Part shown: positions 11,971 through 25,026 of the stretch, piece after piece
How positions within the stretch are numbered: position 1 is the stretch's first letter
How the letters are laid out: the number at the start of each line of letters is the position of its first letter
Assembly: GCA_035221665.1 (NCBI GenBank)
Contig: CM069136.1
Span: forward strand, 41,602,001-41,666,000
Length of the DNA stretch: 64,000 nt
From: Okamejei kenojei
Lineage: Eukaryota
Direction of reading: 5' to 3'
Notes under the pieces: model-generated
What the model was told of the DNA's origin: nothing
Databases searched by the model: none
Seen by the model: the letters and a program-made list of their open reading frames with translations, nothing else
Position numbers and translations under genes: made by a program

Positions 11971-13174
11971 TTCTTGAGTCACTGACAAAATTGGGCTTTA
12001 TGCATATGCAATAAGGTCAACAACAGCATAATTGGCACTGGTAATTGGTCAATGTAATCATCTTAATAAGCACTCGGCATGAATTTTGTGTGTCTCCTGC
12101 ACCTAAACAGGGGGCACTTGTCGACCTTGCATCACAGTCCCAGTCTTGGCACTGGAGATCTTAAGTTGCCTGCCAAGCATGTGACTCTGAAAAACTGTTA
12201 TTGTTAAATCGTAATGTGCTGTAACTCAAAATGCGACCTTTGGATGAATCAATCTGATTTTAATTTGAATAAATTAATTCTAACCTGTTGGCCGAACCTG
12301 TGCGCTTACTTTCTCCAGGTAGGTGGATTTGACGTAATTCAGAGTAGAAGTGTTTTGTGCCACAGGCAAATATTTTTAATTGTTTCAAAAAGTTCTATTT
12401 TTCTGGCCTTACGATGGCCAATTATCAAACACATACACTGAGTTTATATTTAGGCCTGAAAACAAGGGCTTCTTGTGGAAAAAATAATTGAAATCACTCC
12501 AAGTTCTTTTTTGTTAAATGGGTACAGTGTCCATGTTTAACTTTTTTTTTTTAAAGAAGCTGTTTTATCAGTCACTGTTGTTCTATTTAAGTAACATGAA
12601 CCCTGGGATGTAGATTAGTCTCTCATTTACAGAATAACTTTTCAACAACATTTTGTTAATAGATTTAATGTTTGAACAAATGGGACAAATTCACATATAT
12701 GATTGAAAAAATAAATCATCCTTGAAAATTAATAGATAGCATCTTTATTAGATATCCAGAGAATTGTCTGTGACACAGTCCTTTATATAATGGCCCAGAA
12801 ATCTGATGCATCGCACAATGCTGTGAGATTAATTTGATCCAAATCTCTACATGTAAATCCTTTGTTCAAGGATTGATGCTGGGAATGCATATTGTCACTA
12901 CAAGGCATGCACTGCATATTTTAATATCCAGGCAAGTGACTGTCAGAAGCTTCGCAAACTGAAGCTAGCAACTAGTTGGTTGAAGCCTGCTTCAGTGGTG
13001 GAAGCCGGATCTCACCTGTCAATAATGTATTGGTTGATGGCTATTGCAATTTAATCCCAGGTAGGAGTGGATAGGAGGAGAATCAGGTCTGGCGTTGAGG
13101 ATCAGTTTCAGTGATGGTGCATATGAGGCTTTGACTTTGGGACAACAACTGCAGGTGGTCACATCTGCCAATGA

Positions 13175-13472
13175 TTTAGTTTAGTTTAGTTAAGAGCTAC
13201 AGTGTGGAAACAGGCCCTTCAGCCCACTGATTCCATGCCGACCAGCGATCCCCGCACACTAACACTATCCTAAACATGCTAGGGACAATTTACAATTTTA
13301 TGAATCCAATTAATCTACAAACCTGTACATCTTTGGAGTGTGGGACGAAACCGGAGCTCATGGAGTAAGGTCATCTGTACAAATCTGTACAGACAGCACC
13401 CGTGGTCAGGATTGAAAACGTGTCTCTTGTGCTGTAAGGCAGCAACTCTACTGCTGTGTCACCGTGTTGCCC
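13175..13472 (-). mobile_element. tRNA-derived V-SINE (HE1-like)
   Basis: (TTTAG)n tail, GGAAACAGGCCCTTC, GGGACAATTTACAATT; 5' end GGGCAACACGGTG on minus. Confidence 0.85.
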
Positions 13473-13662
13473 ATGAGAGAGATGAGCAGATGAGTGTTTA
13501 TGAGAATAGGTCACAGGGAAATAATTGAGAGACCGGATTGAAGGTTTTACTGTGAGAATAATGGGCTGAGTAGTCTTCTGTGATGAGAAAATATGAAGTG
13601 CGAAAAATACTCTTTCTCAAAATAAACCTCTAATCAAAAATAAGGGCACCCCTCTTAATATA

Positions 13663-13942
13663 TTAGTTTAGAGATACAGCATGGAAACAGACTCTTCGGC
13701 CCGCCGAGTCTACGCTGACCATCAAGCACCCGTACACTAGTTCAATGCCCTTCACACCAGGGACAATTTGCAGAAGCCAATTAGCTTACAAACCTGCACG
13801 CCTGTGGAATGTGAAAGGAAACTGGAGCACCTGGAGTAAACCCACAAGGTCACAGGGAGAACATATACGGTCAGCACCCGCAGTCAGGATCGAACCTGGG
13901 CTTCGGTTGCTGTGAGGCAGCTGCTCCACCACTGTGCCGCCC
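13663..13942 (-). mobile_element. tRNA-derived V-SINE (HE1-like)
   Basis: Minus strand GGGCGGCACAGTGG (A box) and CCAGGTTCGATCC (B box); tail TTAGTTTAGAGATACAGC. Confidence 0.85.
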
Positions 13943-15588
13943 ATTTTCTTTGGTTAGGTTTCCATTTTCAGTTGCGTGCCATGAAGTCTTTTGAAATACA
14001 TAAGGTATTCCGGTTTCAGGAATGTGACTTACGGCACTCCTAAGCGACGGCACAGTAAGAGACATGTCCCCAGTCAGGACGGTGTGTAACTTGTAAGAGT
14101 AACCTGAAGGTGATAATGTTCCCACATAGCTGCTTCCTTTGTTTACTTGGATTGTGGTAGAGATGGGAATTAGTAGTAATATGTTGTACTGATATATTTT
14201 GGTTCTGCAGCAAAGTGTGTGACAACAGGGGCAATTTATGATCCCTTCAGTATAGTAAGCCAGATACTTTCATACAGCTCTGTACTGGGGTGAAGTGCAC
14301 TCCATCAATGCTCACATTATTTCTAATTATGTTTCGGAATTTGCTAGTTCGTACCATCTGCAGTGATGAATGAAGGTCAACTTTCTGGCTGATTCCACTT
14401 CCTTTGTCACTGTCAGCAATGGTTAAGAGTTTCTCTTTTGTATTTGCAGAACTGTATAACTAAATGGAAAGAAAATATGCCACTCCCTGTAATACTATGT
14501 TCAATGATGGCTTGTGGTTCTGTAGCGTGGGAAAGCACTTTGAGATTACTCGCCTCCAACCAGCTATAAAGTAAGATAGGAACAAATCCCATTAACTCAC
14601 TGGTGATGAGGCTGTGCCCAAGGAAAGTGTGGCGAGCCTGGGAGAAAAGATTTCCCTAAATTCCGAGGTAATCAATTATTTTATTCTGCATCCACCTAAA
14701 AGAAGATAGGAAGACAAAGGGCAGCTAAACTGTTTGTAATTTGCACACGTCATCTGCTGCATGCTGTTGCCAGTAGCGGCGTTTGTACAGAGCTGATGAA
14801 TGGCTTTGTAGTTGCACAGCAAGCCCCTCCCTGCCAGTGACAGATTGGAAGTCAGGAAGTTTTTTCTATTATTACACTCTCTTCCTTCACATTGTTTTGC
14901 TCCTCAGATCTCCACAGGGCTGCAGGATCATGCAGTTAGATTACATTCACACCAGATCCTGCCGCCTCCAAGCGCTCACTTTTTAAAAAGATTTAACTGT
15001 TCACTTTATGATCATTAATGTCCTCTGCAGTGGAAAGTACTTTTCACCATTTATCAATGATGACTTTTTTTTAGACAGACACATTTGACTTCTATGCAGG
15101 ATTCTTGCAACTTTTCTGACTGCAAGATCCTCAAGAACATGAAGCTTTTGCTGCTTCTCGAACAGTTTTTGCTTTTTGAACAAGAAGCTTTTTGCGCTTT
15201 TGCACATTCTAGGTAGCACCCACATACAAGGTAATGCAGCTGACTTGCACTCCAATAATCCTTAGTTTTAATTTTTAAAAGCTATCTGCAATTTCTATTG
15301 AAATCTCAGGTTTGCCTTTCTTAGTGTAAAGTGTTGTTCTTTCAAGGCTATTTGTTCACCCTGTGCTGTTTTTGGTATCCGTTAGGAGAGTAACTTTAAA
15401 TTGAAATTAATTTAGACATTTCCCGGTAGTACCTTGTAGTCCTTCTCTTGAGACCAGGAAGTCACTACAAATTTGGGCAACATCATTCAGAATCATTGTG
15501 TGCTGCAAATTGTGCAACAGTGTAGTGCGATGCATTGTGGTGGGAACTTCTCTTCTCAGTGAAACCTGTGCTTTTAATGTAATTAAAA

Positions 15589-16220
15589 TGAACTGCAGAT
15601 GCTGGTTTATACCAAAATATTAGATTAACTCTGCGGGTCAGGCAGTATGTCTGGGTGAAACTGGATAGGCGACATTTCAGGATCCTTCTTCAGACCAAAG
15701 ATCCTATAGAGGAGCAAGATAGATCACTCCTGCTAAATGCAATGGGCTGACGTGTAGTATGCAATGGAACGGAACATGGGCCTTTTTTTCATCCATTTCC
15801 GTAACCGGACCGGACCCGACCCGACCCGACTCGCAATGTAATTAACGGTGCGGGGGAACAGTTTGTGTTAATAAATTAAAATTCTGAACATGAGGAGAAG
15901 AATTTTACCAAATAACTTTTATTTTTACGAGGATGTTTCCATAACCGGCTTCCGTCTCCGCACGATTATTCTATGGGATCTTGGTGTGGAGACGGAAGCC
16001 GGTTATGGAAATGGGACCTTAAATTACCCATGAATCGGCCCATGACCGTACTACGTCTTTTTCGTCGAGTGGACTATCTTGCTCGCTATAGCATCCTTGC
16101 TTCAGACTGATTCTAGTGAGGGGGAGGGCAGAAACTGGAGGCAAGAAAACTAGGACAAATCAGGGCTAGCAACAGGAGACTTTGGGTAAGGGGCATCCTG
16201 ATAGGCCAATTGTTGGCTTG
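15589..16220 (-). mobile_element. Penelope-terminus element split by a MITE
   Basis: GAACTGCAGATGCTGG...CCTTCTTCAGAC before the MITE; CTTCAGACTGA plus purine-rich 3' UTR complement after it. Confidence 0.75.
15696..16099. mobile_element. Non-autonomous DNA transposon (MITE), hAT-like
   Basis: ~33 bp imperfect TIRs CAAAGATCCTATAG..GAGCAAGATAG..CACTC / GAGTG..CTATCTTGCTC.CTATAGCATCCTTG; 8 bp TSD CTTCAGAC at 15688-15695 and 16100-16107. Confidence 0.85.
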
Positions 16221-16234
16221 AGATGCTGTGAGCT

Positions 16235-16623
16235 TCTTTTAGGTTGTCGTGGAGTCATATAACATTGAGTCTGGTCTGTGGCCCACCAAGTCCACGCCAG
16301 TCATTAATCACTCATTTATTCTAATGCTCCATTCATCTAATTTTTTAGAAATGTATTCACATGCTCATGAACTCCCCCTCTCCGCATATTGCTGCACTTA
16401 CCTCCACACCAGGGAGAACCTAAAGTGACCAACCTGCACATCGTTGGAATGTAGATGGAAACAGGAGATGCCAGACAACACAGGAAGAACATGTGTCACA
16501 TGGACTGACCACATGGTCATAGGGAGAACATGCAAACTCCACACAGACAAGACCCAAGTTTGTGATTGAACCTGGAGCCTCTGCTGCTCTGCGACAATGG
16601 CTCTGCTGCATCACTGTCCTACC
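16235..16623 (-). mobile_element. Older tRNA-derived V-SINE
   Basis: GGGAGAACATGCAAACTCCACACAGAC (V-domain complement) and GATTGAACCTGG. Confidence 0.7.
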
Positions 16624-17072
16624 CACTTTATTTAGTTTCTTATGATATTTAATGTTGCATCGTAATGAAACTCCAAGCAATTATATCTATAGACATTGGA
16701 ACCTTAACTAAGACTGCTAAATTACTTTAAATTGGTAACACAAAGAGGTTGATCATTTGAGAATTCTGTATCTAATGTGATTAAATTGCTACTTTGTGGC
16801 TTAGTTCATCAAGGTAGTTGAACAAGCGAATCAGGGAGTCACCATTTTATACATATTGGAGACAATAAAGAGGTTGATTCCTGGGATTGCAGGACAGTTT
16901 TTTAAGGAATGATTAAGCAGGTAGTGCATGGATTCCCTATATACTTTGTAAAATGAGAAATTATTTTATTGACAGATACAGGATTCTGAGGTTGATGACT
17001 AGGTCCACGATGTTTTCCGTTGAGGGGGAATCGAGGAATATGGACCTCAAGAAGGGTCCATAAGAAGAATAT

Positions 17073-17204
17073 GTCTGAAGAAGGGTCTCGACCCGAAACG
17101 TCGCTCATTCCTTCTCTCCAGAGATGCTACCTGTTCCGCTGGGTTACACCAGCATTTTGTGTCTATCTTTGCTTTAAACCAGCATCTGCAGTTCCTTCCT
17201 ACAC
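17073..17204 (+). mobile_element. Short Penelope-terminus element with intact core
   Basis: Full body ending TTCCTTCCTACAC; possible TSD AATATGGACCT 17037-17047 / AACATGGACCT 17205-17215. Confidence 0.85.
17075..17102 (+). ncRNA. Minimal hammerhead ribozyme-like motif (putative)
   Basis: CUGAAGA-A-GGGU(CUCG)ACCC-GAAAC-GUC: both conserved core blocks, stem II and an NUH triplet; stem I only partly paired. Confidence 0.6.
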
Positions 17205-17769
17205 AACATGGACCTTGGTTTCAGGATTCTCATTTAAAAAGGAGATGAAGACGTATTTCTTCTCTGACTGGGTCATAAATGGAGTTCTCTAATCGAGATC
17301 ACTGTGTAGGCTGAGTAATCTGGAACAGGCAGCAAAGTGGAGTTAAAGCGAGGATCATATTTGCTTTAATTTTGTTGAATTGTGAAGGAACTTAATAACT
17401 AAAAGGCAGCCTTCTACTCCTGTTTCTTATGCTCTGATAGAGTTATGCCAATGAGAAAGTTACAGACAACTGTGGGTCCCTCTAATTATTTCAGCTTGCT
17501 TATTCTATGCAATAATTCCTGCAGGAAACACACTAGGGGTAACATTAACATCGGGCTTAGTTGTGATCTCAGCTTCATCACCTCTCACCCTTTGTTCCCT
17601 GCAGTGCAAAAGGATAAATGCTCCCAAATACCTCCCTGGTTGAATGCCAGAAGACAAATGTTGCTTGTGAAACAATTTCCCTCTAAGAGGTAGTAGAATT
17701 ATGAGAAAATTAAATCAGCAGGAAAAAAGAGAACATGTATAATAAAACTAAAAATGGCTGCTTCTTGAA

Positions 17770-18505
17770 TATAGTCATAGTGATACAGTGTGGAAACAGG
17801 CCCTTCGCCCCAACTTGCCCACACTGGCCAACAAGTCCCAGCTACACTAGTCCCACCTGCCTGTGTCTGGTCCATATCCCTCCAAACCTGTCCTATCCAT
17901 GTACCTGTCCAACTGCTTCTTATGCAATGGAATAGTCCCACCCTCAACTACCTCCTCCGGCAGCTTTATCATACACCTACTAAATCTTGTCCCCATCACC
18001 TTGAACCTTTGTCCTCTGATCCTCAATTTCCCTACTCTGGGAAAGAGACTGTGCATCTACCCAATCTATTCCTCTCATGATTTTGTACACCTCTATAAGA
18101 TCACCCCTTCTCCTCCTGCACTCCATGGAGTAGAGACCCAGCCTACTCAACCTTTCCCTATAGCTCACACCCTCTAGTTCTGGAAACATCCTTGTAAATC
18201 TTTTTTTAACCCTTTCTTATAACATGGTGCCCAGAACTGAACACAATATTCTAAATGCGATCTCAACAATGTCCTATACAACTGCAACGTGACCTCCCAA
18301 CTTCTATACTCAATACTCTGACTGATGAAGGCCAATGTGCCAAAAGCCTTTTTGACCTTCTTATCTACTTGACGTTCAAGGAACCATGCACCTGCACTCC
18401 GAGATCCCTCTGCTCTACAATACTCCGCAGAGGCCTACCATTTATCGTGTAGGTCCTGCCATCATTTGACGTCCCAAAATGCACACTTCTCTGTATTAAA
18501 TTCCC
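17770..18505 (-). mobile_element. CR1-like LINE 3' fragment (RT C-terminal region)
   Basis: ORF fragments SYRERLSRLGLYSMECRRRRGDLIEVYKIMRGID and EQRDLGVQVHGSLNV; (ATAGTC) tail. Confidence 0.88.
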
Positions 18506-19117
18506 CCTTTCTCCCAGTGAGATAATTCCAGGTGGAGGAGATACCAGAAGTGCAAGAAATATTTTCCATGCCCTGTGCATCTGTAGAAAACACACACACA
18601 CTAACACACACTGGAGATGTAATGAGTTTTACTTAAGGCAACTGGGAATGTAAATAGATTATTGTCATTGAAATATCTTAACATACTTAACGGGAAACAC
18701 ATTTTTCAGACCAGGATCTGATTTGGAGACTGAATGTAGCAATGGATTGGGTTGATTAACACTGATATATAAACACTCAAATCTGGTGAAGATTTCAAAT
18801 TAAGCAGAAAGATCCCGTTGGCATAGAATCCTCAATGGGAATCATTCAGCTTCATTTCCTGTAAACAAAGCTATTAATTTTTTTGAATTACACCTGATGT
18901 AATGGGAGAGTTGTGTTATCCCTTATGATTTAGTTAGATTGATGAATAATATGGTCTTTGATGTACAGTTTCCAATTCCGAGAAAGCTAATGAACAGCAC
19001 AGTTTGTTAATCAGCTAATTTTTTAAAAAAATAATGAAGACTAGTTAGAGGAGAATGTTCATACAGCATGAGACATGTTTGTTGAAGTCGCATACTCTGA
19101 CACACTTCCAACTCATT

Positions 19118-19251
19118 GGCTGAAGAAGGGTCTTGACCCAGAAAGTCACCCATTCCTTTTCTCCAGAGATGCTGCCTGTCCTGCTGAGTTACTCCAGCGT
19201 TTTGTGTCTTATCTTAGGTGTAAACCAGCATCTGCAGTTCCTTCCTGCACA
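19118..19251 (+). mobile_element. Short Penelope-terminus element
   Basis: CTGAAGAAGGGTCTTGACCCAGAAAGTCACCCATTCC plus family tail. Confidence 0.85.
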
Positions 19252-19479
19252 AAATACTGTCAGTACAATGGGATGTAATTTATTCAGTGGCTGATATTAC
19301 CAGGTTGTAATTTTATCCATGTCAGCTTTCAAAGATCAACACCCAGTTCAAAGAGCTGGTCTGCAGAGAGCTTCCAGAGCATAAGTAAATCGTAATAGTG
19401 CATTAACTACATATTGACCACTGAAAAGTCCTGCGCTCTAAGCATGTCTTCAAAACTTTACATCTAGTCTTGTTCATTG

Positions 19480-19735
19480 AAGAGAATTGCTGGAGAAGGC
19501 GAAAAACAATCCTCAATAGAAAATGGAATTTATGAGTGGGCGGTTTTATGGTCTCAAAAGCAAAGTCGAGCTGATTTCTGATTTGATTTGCTCTTCTTCC
19601 AGTGGCTTCTAACAGCAAGTCAATAAAGATGGCAACATTTGAGGATTTGAACAAAGCTGTGCTCGGATTTTTCAGCCAGCAAACGCTATAAGAACAGCAT
19701 TGGGAGCAGGGGTACTATTTTGAAGCAGGTGCAGT
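19480..19735 (+). pseudogene. Possible ancient Tigger/pogo (CENP-B-type HTH) transposase relic
   Basis: Hand translation gives GEKQSSIENGI...SKSIKMATFEDLNKAVLGFFSQQ...GTILKQ across frameshifts. Confidence 0.4.
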
Positions 19736-19992
19736 CCATTCAGCTTCTTGTGTCTGTGCCACCATTCAATAAGATCATGAATCATTTTGACCTGAGCACA
19801 AACACCAAATTTATTAAAAATTAAAAAATCTATTGATCTCTGTCTGGATGTACTAAATAACTCAAGATTTTTTATTTGTGCGGGAGATTTTGTATTTCAT
19901 TCAGATGGTCGACCCTCTGTTCAAAGGAAATGTGAAATACAAACAAGTCAGCTGCTGAAACATTCTGAGAGAAATATATATTGAAAAGGCAG

Positions 19993-20475
19993 GTAGCCCA
20001 GTCCACCACAGAATCCAGTCCCCCCCCCCCCCCCCCCTCCCCCTTTCATGCTGCCTTGGAAATTCAGCCAACATGATCAAGGATCATTTACATCTTGGTC
20101 ACTACCTCTTCTCCGCCTTTCCCAGACAGAAGGTACAAAAGCTTGGAAGCATATACACTAGATTCAGAAACAGTTTCTTCCCCACTGTTATCAAGCTACT
20201 GAATGGTCCTCCCATAAGATATGGATGCAATTCCAATCTCACAATCTGTCTCATTCCAGCCCTTGCACTGTTTTTAAAATCTGCACTTCTCCATACCTGT
20301 AATGCTAAAACACTCTAGCACTATAATCTGCACTCTAATATTTTTCTCTTTGCACTACCTGTGGTATTTGTGTAATGGTTAGGTTGTACAAATGTGTCGT
20401 GTTGGTTGTCTGGACAGCATGAAAACAGAGTTTTTCACTGTATCTTAGTACCTGTGATAGTAATAGACTAATACC
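19993..20475 (+). mobile_element. Rex1/Babar-like LINE 3' fragment
   Basis: IKDHLHLGHYLFS...TRFRNSFFPTVIKLLN, then 3' UTR ending TTTCACTGTATCTTAGTAC..GTGATAGTAATA. Confidence 0.75.
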
Positions 20476-20632
20476 CAGAATTGCAATGAGAACAGGTATA
20501 CAATGCATTGGAAGTCCCTGCTGACAACAACCTTAGCTTCAACAACAAACAACGTGTTCTGCGGCACCAGTGTAACAAAGAGAGGCTAGCATTCATGTGC
20601 TGTACCAATACAATCAGCTTGTATTAACTCTG

Positions 20633-20765
20633 ACGCACAGGAGACTACAGATTCTGCAATCTTGAACAAAAAAAGTAGCTTGTGGAGGAACTCAGCAGGT
20701 CAGGCAGCATCTGCGGAAGGAAATGGACAGTCTCGCTTTGGGGCGTGACTTTTCATTTGAACTGG
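20633..20765 (-). mobile_element. Older Penelope-terminus element
   Basis: GGAGGAACTCAGCAGGTCAGGCAGCATCTG family body; core eroded. Confidence 0.65.
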
Positions 20766-21862
20766 GCGTAGGGTCTGATGAATACTTGTACTTATCACCA
20801 AATGTAACATCTCTAATCTAATCTATTGAGCCGGTTATGGTATTGCACCATGCGGGGCAGGGGGGTCGTTCTTATCAAATGGGAGAGAAGTTTGTTTGGA
20901 TTTCCTCAAGAATCAGACTACTCACATTTTGCTTAGAATTGCATTATATTCACCGAGTCTCCAGGAAGAGTACTGGGGAACAGGCTGTTGTTTGTTGAGG
21001 ATGCTTTGTTTCAATTGGGGATTCAAAATAAAAAATCTCCTGTTAAGTGACATGAAAGATTTTTTGTGGTTATTCAGAAATGTGCAAGGAACATCATATG
21101 TCCTGATCAACATTCCACCCTCAAAATGGCCACCAAAAGCACATTAATGCACACTGTTGTTCTGCCAAATATAATTGGGGGAATCATTCATTTTGTGCAT
21201 GAATAGAATTCCTTCCTCTATCAACCAGATATCATATACCTTCTTTAAATTATTTTGTATTTTTCTAATAGTGAAACTGGTGATGGCCAAAACATTAAAG
21301 CAAGTCTTATCTGTCGACACTGATGTGCAGTATCATACTTCACTGCTTGTGTCTGAAAACTGCATTAATTCATACGAGTCTCTAAATAAGTTTAATTTTG
21401 CTATTTGTAACATTACTGTTTAGCAATGACTTGTAAAAGGGATAAACCTGAGCTTGATTCAATTCTCGGGACTACCTCGACGGAAAATTCCCCAGCATCT
21501 GTCCACAGAAGCACACTCTATAAGGCATCAAATTGTGAAGCATACTCAAGAGGCTACATGATCTTCTTCTGTCTCTGTTTTCTCCAGCCATCTCTGCAAA
21601 CTTTGACTGTGTATACAGATCTTTGGTTTACATCAGAATTTTCTGGAATAACCATATTATTCTATTACAAACCAGTAATCACGTTGTTGGCATGTAATTC
21701 AGTAAATTATCCCCCATCTGCATGTGGCATGATGTATAATGCAATGCTGAATAATATCTATACACTGTAATACGTGCCTGCGCCTTTACAAAATAAAAAC
21801 TAAGCTATGTTTTAAACATTCTTCATGAATAACATTTTAATACAGATTTATTTTTTGTTAGG

Positions 21863-22132
21863 TTTTAGTTTTAGAGCTGCAGCGTGGAAACAGGCTCTTC
21901 AACCCACCAACCGATCACCCGTACCCCAGTCCTATCCTACACACTAGGGACTATTTATAGAAGCCAATTAATCTACAAACCTTTGGAATGTGGGAGGAAA
22001 CCAGAGCATCCATGGCAGAAAACCCATACAGTTGCAGGGAGAAAGTGGAAACGCCATACAGACAGCATTCATAGTCAGGATCGATTCCAGATCTCTGACG
22101 TTGTAAGGCACCAGCTCTACTACTGTGCCACC
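21863..22132 (-). mobile_element. tRNA-derived V-SINE (HE1-like)
   Basis: TTTAG tail, GGAAACAGGC, GGAATGTGGGAGGAAACCAGAGCA, GTCAGGATCGA. Confidence 0.8.
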
Positions 22133-22523
22133 CTAAAGTTGACTAACTTTTATAATTATCCCTATTTGCAATGTTTGTACTGCATTTATTAGTTTTCCTT
22201 CATCTCTAAATCATGGCAATTCAATGCTGGATGTCTTGTCCAAACAGCAGATATTCCAACCCTGCCTTCCCCCACCTCTCACACTTGCCCTCCAATTTTC
22301 TAACTAACCACCAAGAGTGGACCTGGGCTCATGTCCTCCAATGAATGGCTTGCTGCTTTTTCACCTCTTGGGGTTATTGTTTCCCAATTATTGGGAATCA
22401 GGCCCTAGAGGTTCAGTAGTATAATGTAGTTTTTTCTTGTTATTAGGCAAATCAAAACTGATTATTGTCCACAAGTGAAGTCCAATGCATATGTTTCCAG
22501 GTTGTATTGTGTCATTTGGAAAA

Positions 22524-22825
22524 ATGTCCAGGGTCTGACCTCCCCAGAGGAGCATGGGTGAAGCTCAACAGACTTCATACTGGAGTTGGGCGTTTCAATG
22601 CCAGTATGTGGAGATGGGGGCTCTGCCAGAGCCCAGCCTGTGAATGCGGAGCAGAACAACAGCCAGCCAACCATGTCATCTCTGGGCGCCCGCTCTACCA
22701 CCCACCAAATGGAGCTCAGGGCCAGGCAGACATTGACGCAGAGACAACAACCTGGCTGCTCAACACCCAGCTTGAGATCTAACTCTTCCTTTGGTTTATG
22801 TTTCATTCGCAAGAAGAGGAAGAAG
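22524..22825 (+). mobile_element. Vingi/Ingi-like non-LTR retrotransposon 3' fragment
   Basis: WVKLNRLHTGVGRF..MWRWG...PACECGAEQQPANHV...WL-stop; (GAA)-rich tail; 10 bp TSD ATTTGGAAAA at 22514-22523 and 22826-22835. Confidence 0.65.
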
Positions 22826-24849
22826 ATTTGGAAAACTAACAAATAGTATACCTTTTGTGAGTCACCGTCACCATGTTAATGCAATTTCCATGCCAGATCT
22901 GCACAGAATTATATTGTTCCTCATATATTGTTCTTTTTGGAGCAATACAGGTACATTGTGCTCGGAACACCCGTTGTTGGTCTCTCTCAGAACAGCTAGG
23001 TTTTGAGATGCAGAGGCACCAACGTGGGAGATGTGCAAGCTAAATAAAATACATGAGACCTTCTGAGTCTCACTCTGCACCCTGATCCTGCAATTTCTTT
23101 TTTTTTTTAGCACCACTTTTCCCCCCTACCTCTCACCACCAAAATTGCCAAATGAGTTTTATTCTCCCATTCTATGTGTCAGCCGCATTTCAATCCCACG
23201 CAGTCAGGAATGATCTTGTCCATGGATTAACTAAAACATTATACCTGACTGTGTCAGTGGCTGAAGTCTGGTCCGTGAACACCACAAATAGGGGTCAGAC
23301 CATGGTTTCAGGCACAGTTCTCTCTCTTTGCTTTATCTGCTGTTTTTGAAGCTTTTTATTTTTATCGTTAAAATGAAGGAGTGGAGAGGGTGCCTTCCAT
23401 CAAAGATGATCCCATTTGGCCTTTGACTGCAGTAATTCCTCACTTTCCAAAAGGCTTCTGTCACAATGTTTGCTTTGAAGCTGTCTTTAAAGTGTTTGCT
23501 CTCGCCTTATGTCCTTATTCCTTGACCAGGCTGGAATAAAGCATTTGTTTAGGGAGGCATTTATGTCATTGAAGTTGACGATGGATGATTAAAGTTGATC
23601 ATGCTGGACATAATGCTGCCAACATTGAATGCTCATCCTATCATGGGCAAAGCTGATGGGGTGGACACAATATGTCCCCACTTTCAGGGAAAAGTAGAAT
23701 AAGGAAATCTTCTTTGCAAAATCACCACCACGAAATGCAAGCGAATAATTCAGAGGTTCTACACCCAAAGAAAGGTAGGAATGTGGAACATGTCACCACA
23801 AAAAGTCACTAAGGCAAAAAGGAAGGCTGCATAAACTAGGAAAGGGAATAGAGGTTTAGACTGAGAGAGAAATTGCTCGTAAAAATCATTTTGTAGGTTT
23901 TGAAGTGTTTACATCCATTTCCAATTGAAATCCCACTCATTAGGAATTTGGACCAGGCACTCTTTAGGTATGGCTTGCTGGAGTGTAGCTTGCACTTCCA
24001 CATTCTCCTTGGTGCACTGGCTATCATCATCAGTGGAGCAGTGCTCAGTAATTCCTTTCCCACAAAATCTGGATGAAAATGAGGTGACCCACAGCTATCA
24101 TCTTTCACTCACAAGCGAAGCAGCGACCCACACTACAATTTAAGCATCAATTCAAGGTTCCTCGCTGAGATTTTATTTTAATAATAACTGCTGAATCCTC
24201 CACATTTATTTTCTCATTATAGACAGCATGAAGTCAGATTGCAGCATCTGTGGGCCCAATAATCCCACTCCCTCACTGGTTGGTGGCCACCTATCACACG
24301 GTTCCCAATGGCATCACGTAGAAGGCTGGTTAGTGAGTGTTGTTCAGATGCCACCTGATGGAATATTTATATTTGTTTATTGGCCTCCTTGTTGAAATAT
24401 TGGACTTGGAAATTGGCTGGTGAGCTTCACCTAAATGGTCATGGGCAAAGTGGGTTAAATTATGAGAAGGGATTTAAGGACTTGGTTGTACTTTGACAAG
24501 TTTTGAAGATTGTTGGTTAAAATAATAAATGGACCCAAAAGAATAGATTGCAGAATTAATTCTTCAGTATAAATAACTGCAAGGGTATTTAATCTTAGAA
24601 TTAGAGGACAATTATGAGTAAAATCTGGAAGCATTTTCTTGTATGAAATATACAAGAAGCTTGAAAGCTCTGCCCAATAATTGTGTTAGCAGATGCTGAC
24701 ACAATTGAAACTTTTGGAACTGATGGATCAGATCTTTTCACAATTTCCTCTGTTCCAGATAGAGTAACCTCAGGTCAAACTTCTCCAGCGGAGAACGTTC
24801 CTGCCCCTGTGTACTTTTGGGAAGCTGCATCTTGATTTCTCAACCTCTC

Positions 24850-25026
24850 ACCTCCTCAACTCTCTTTTTCTGCTTTACAATGTTTTTTATAAACCTACCT
24901 CTTTGACAAATGCTTTGGACTTTGTTCAGTTGTCGCTAATGTGACCGGACTTCGAACTTCTTTCTTTGAAGGTGCTAATGTGAAGCACCTTGGAAATGTT
25001 AGTGCTATAAAAATACTAGTTCTTGT
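24850..25026 (+). mobile_element. L2-like LINE 3' end
   Basis: AAACCTACCTCTTTGAC...TGTGAAGCACCTTGG...GTGCTATAAAAATACTAGTT. Confidence 0.55.

Noticed and set aside
13663-13942. tRNA genes at SINE heads (also 31739, 39918, 60520)
   Set aside because: A/B boxes run straight into V-domain and LINE-derived tails with no complete cloverleaf; these are SINEs.
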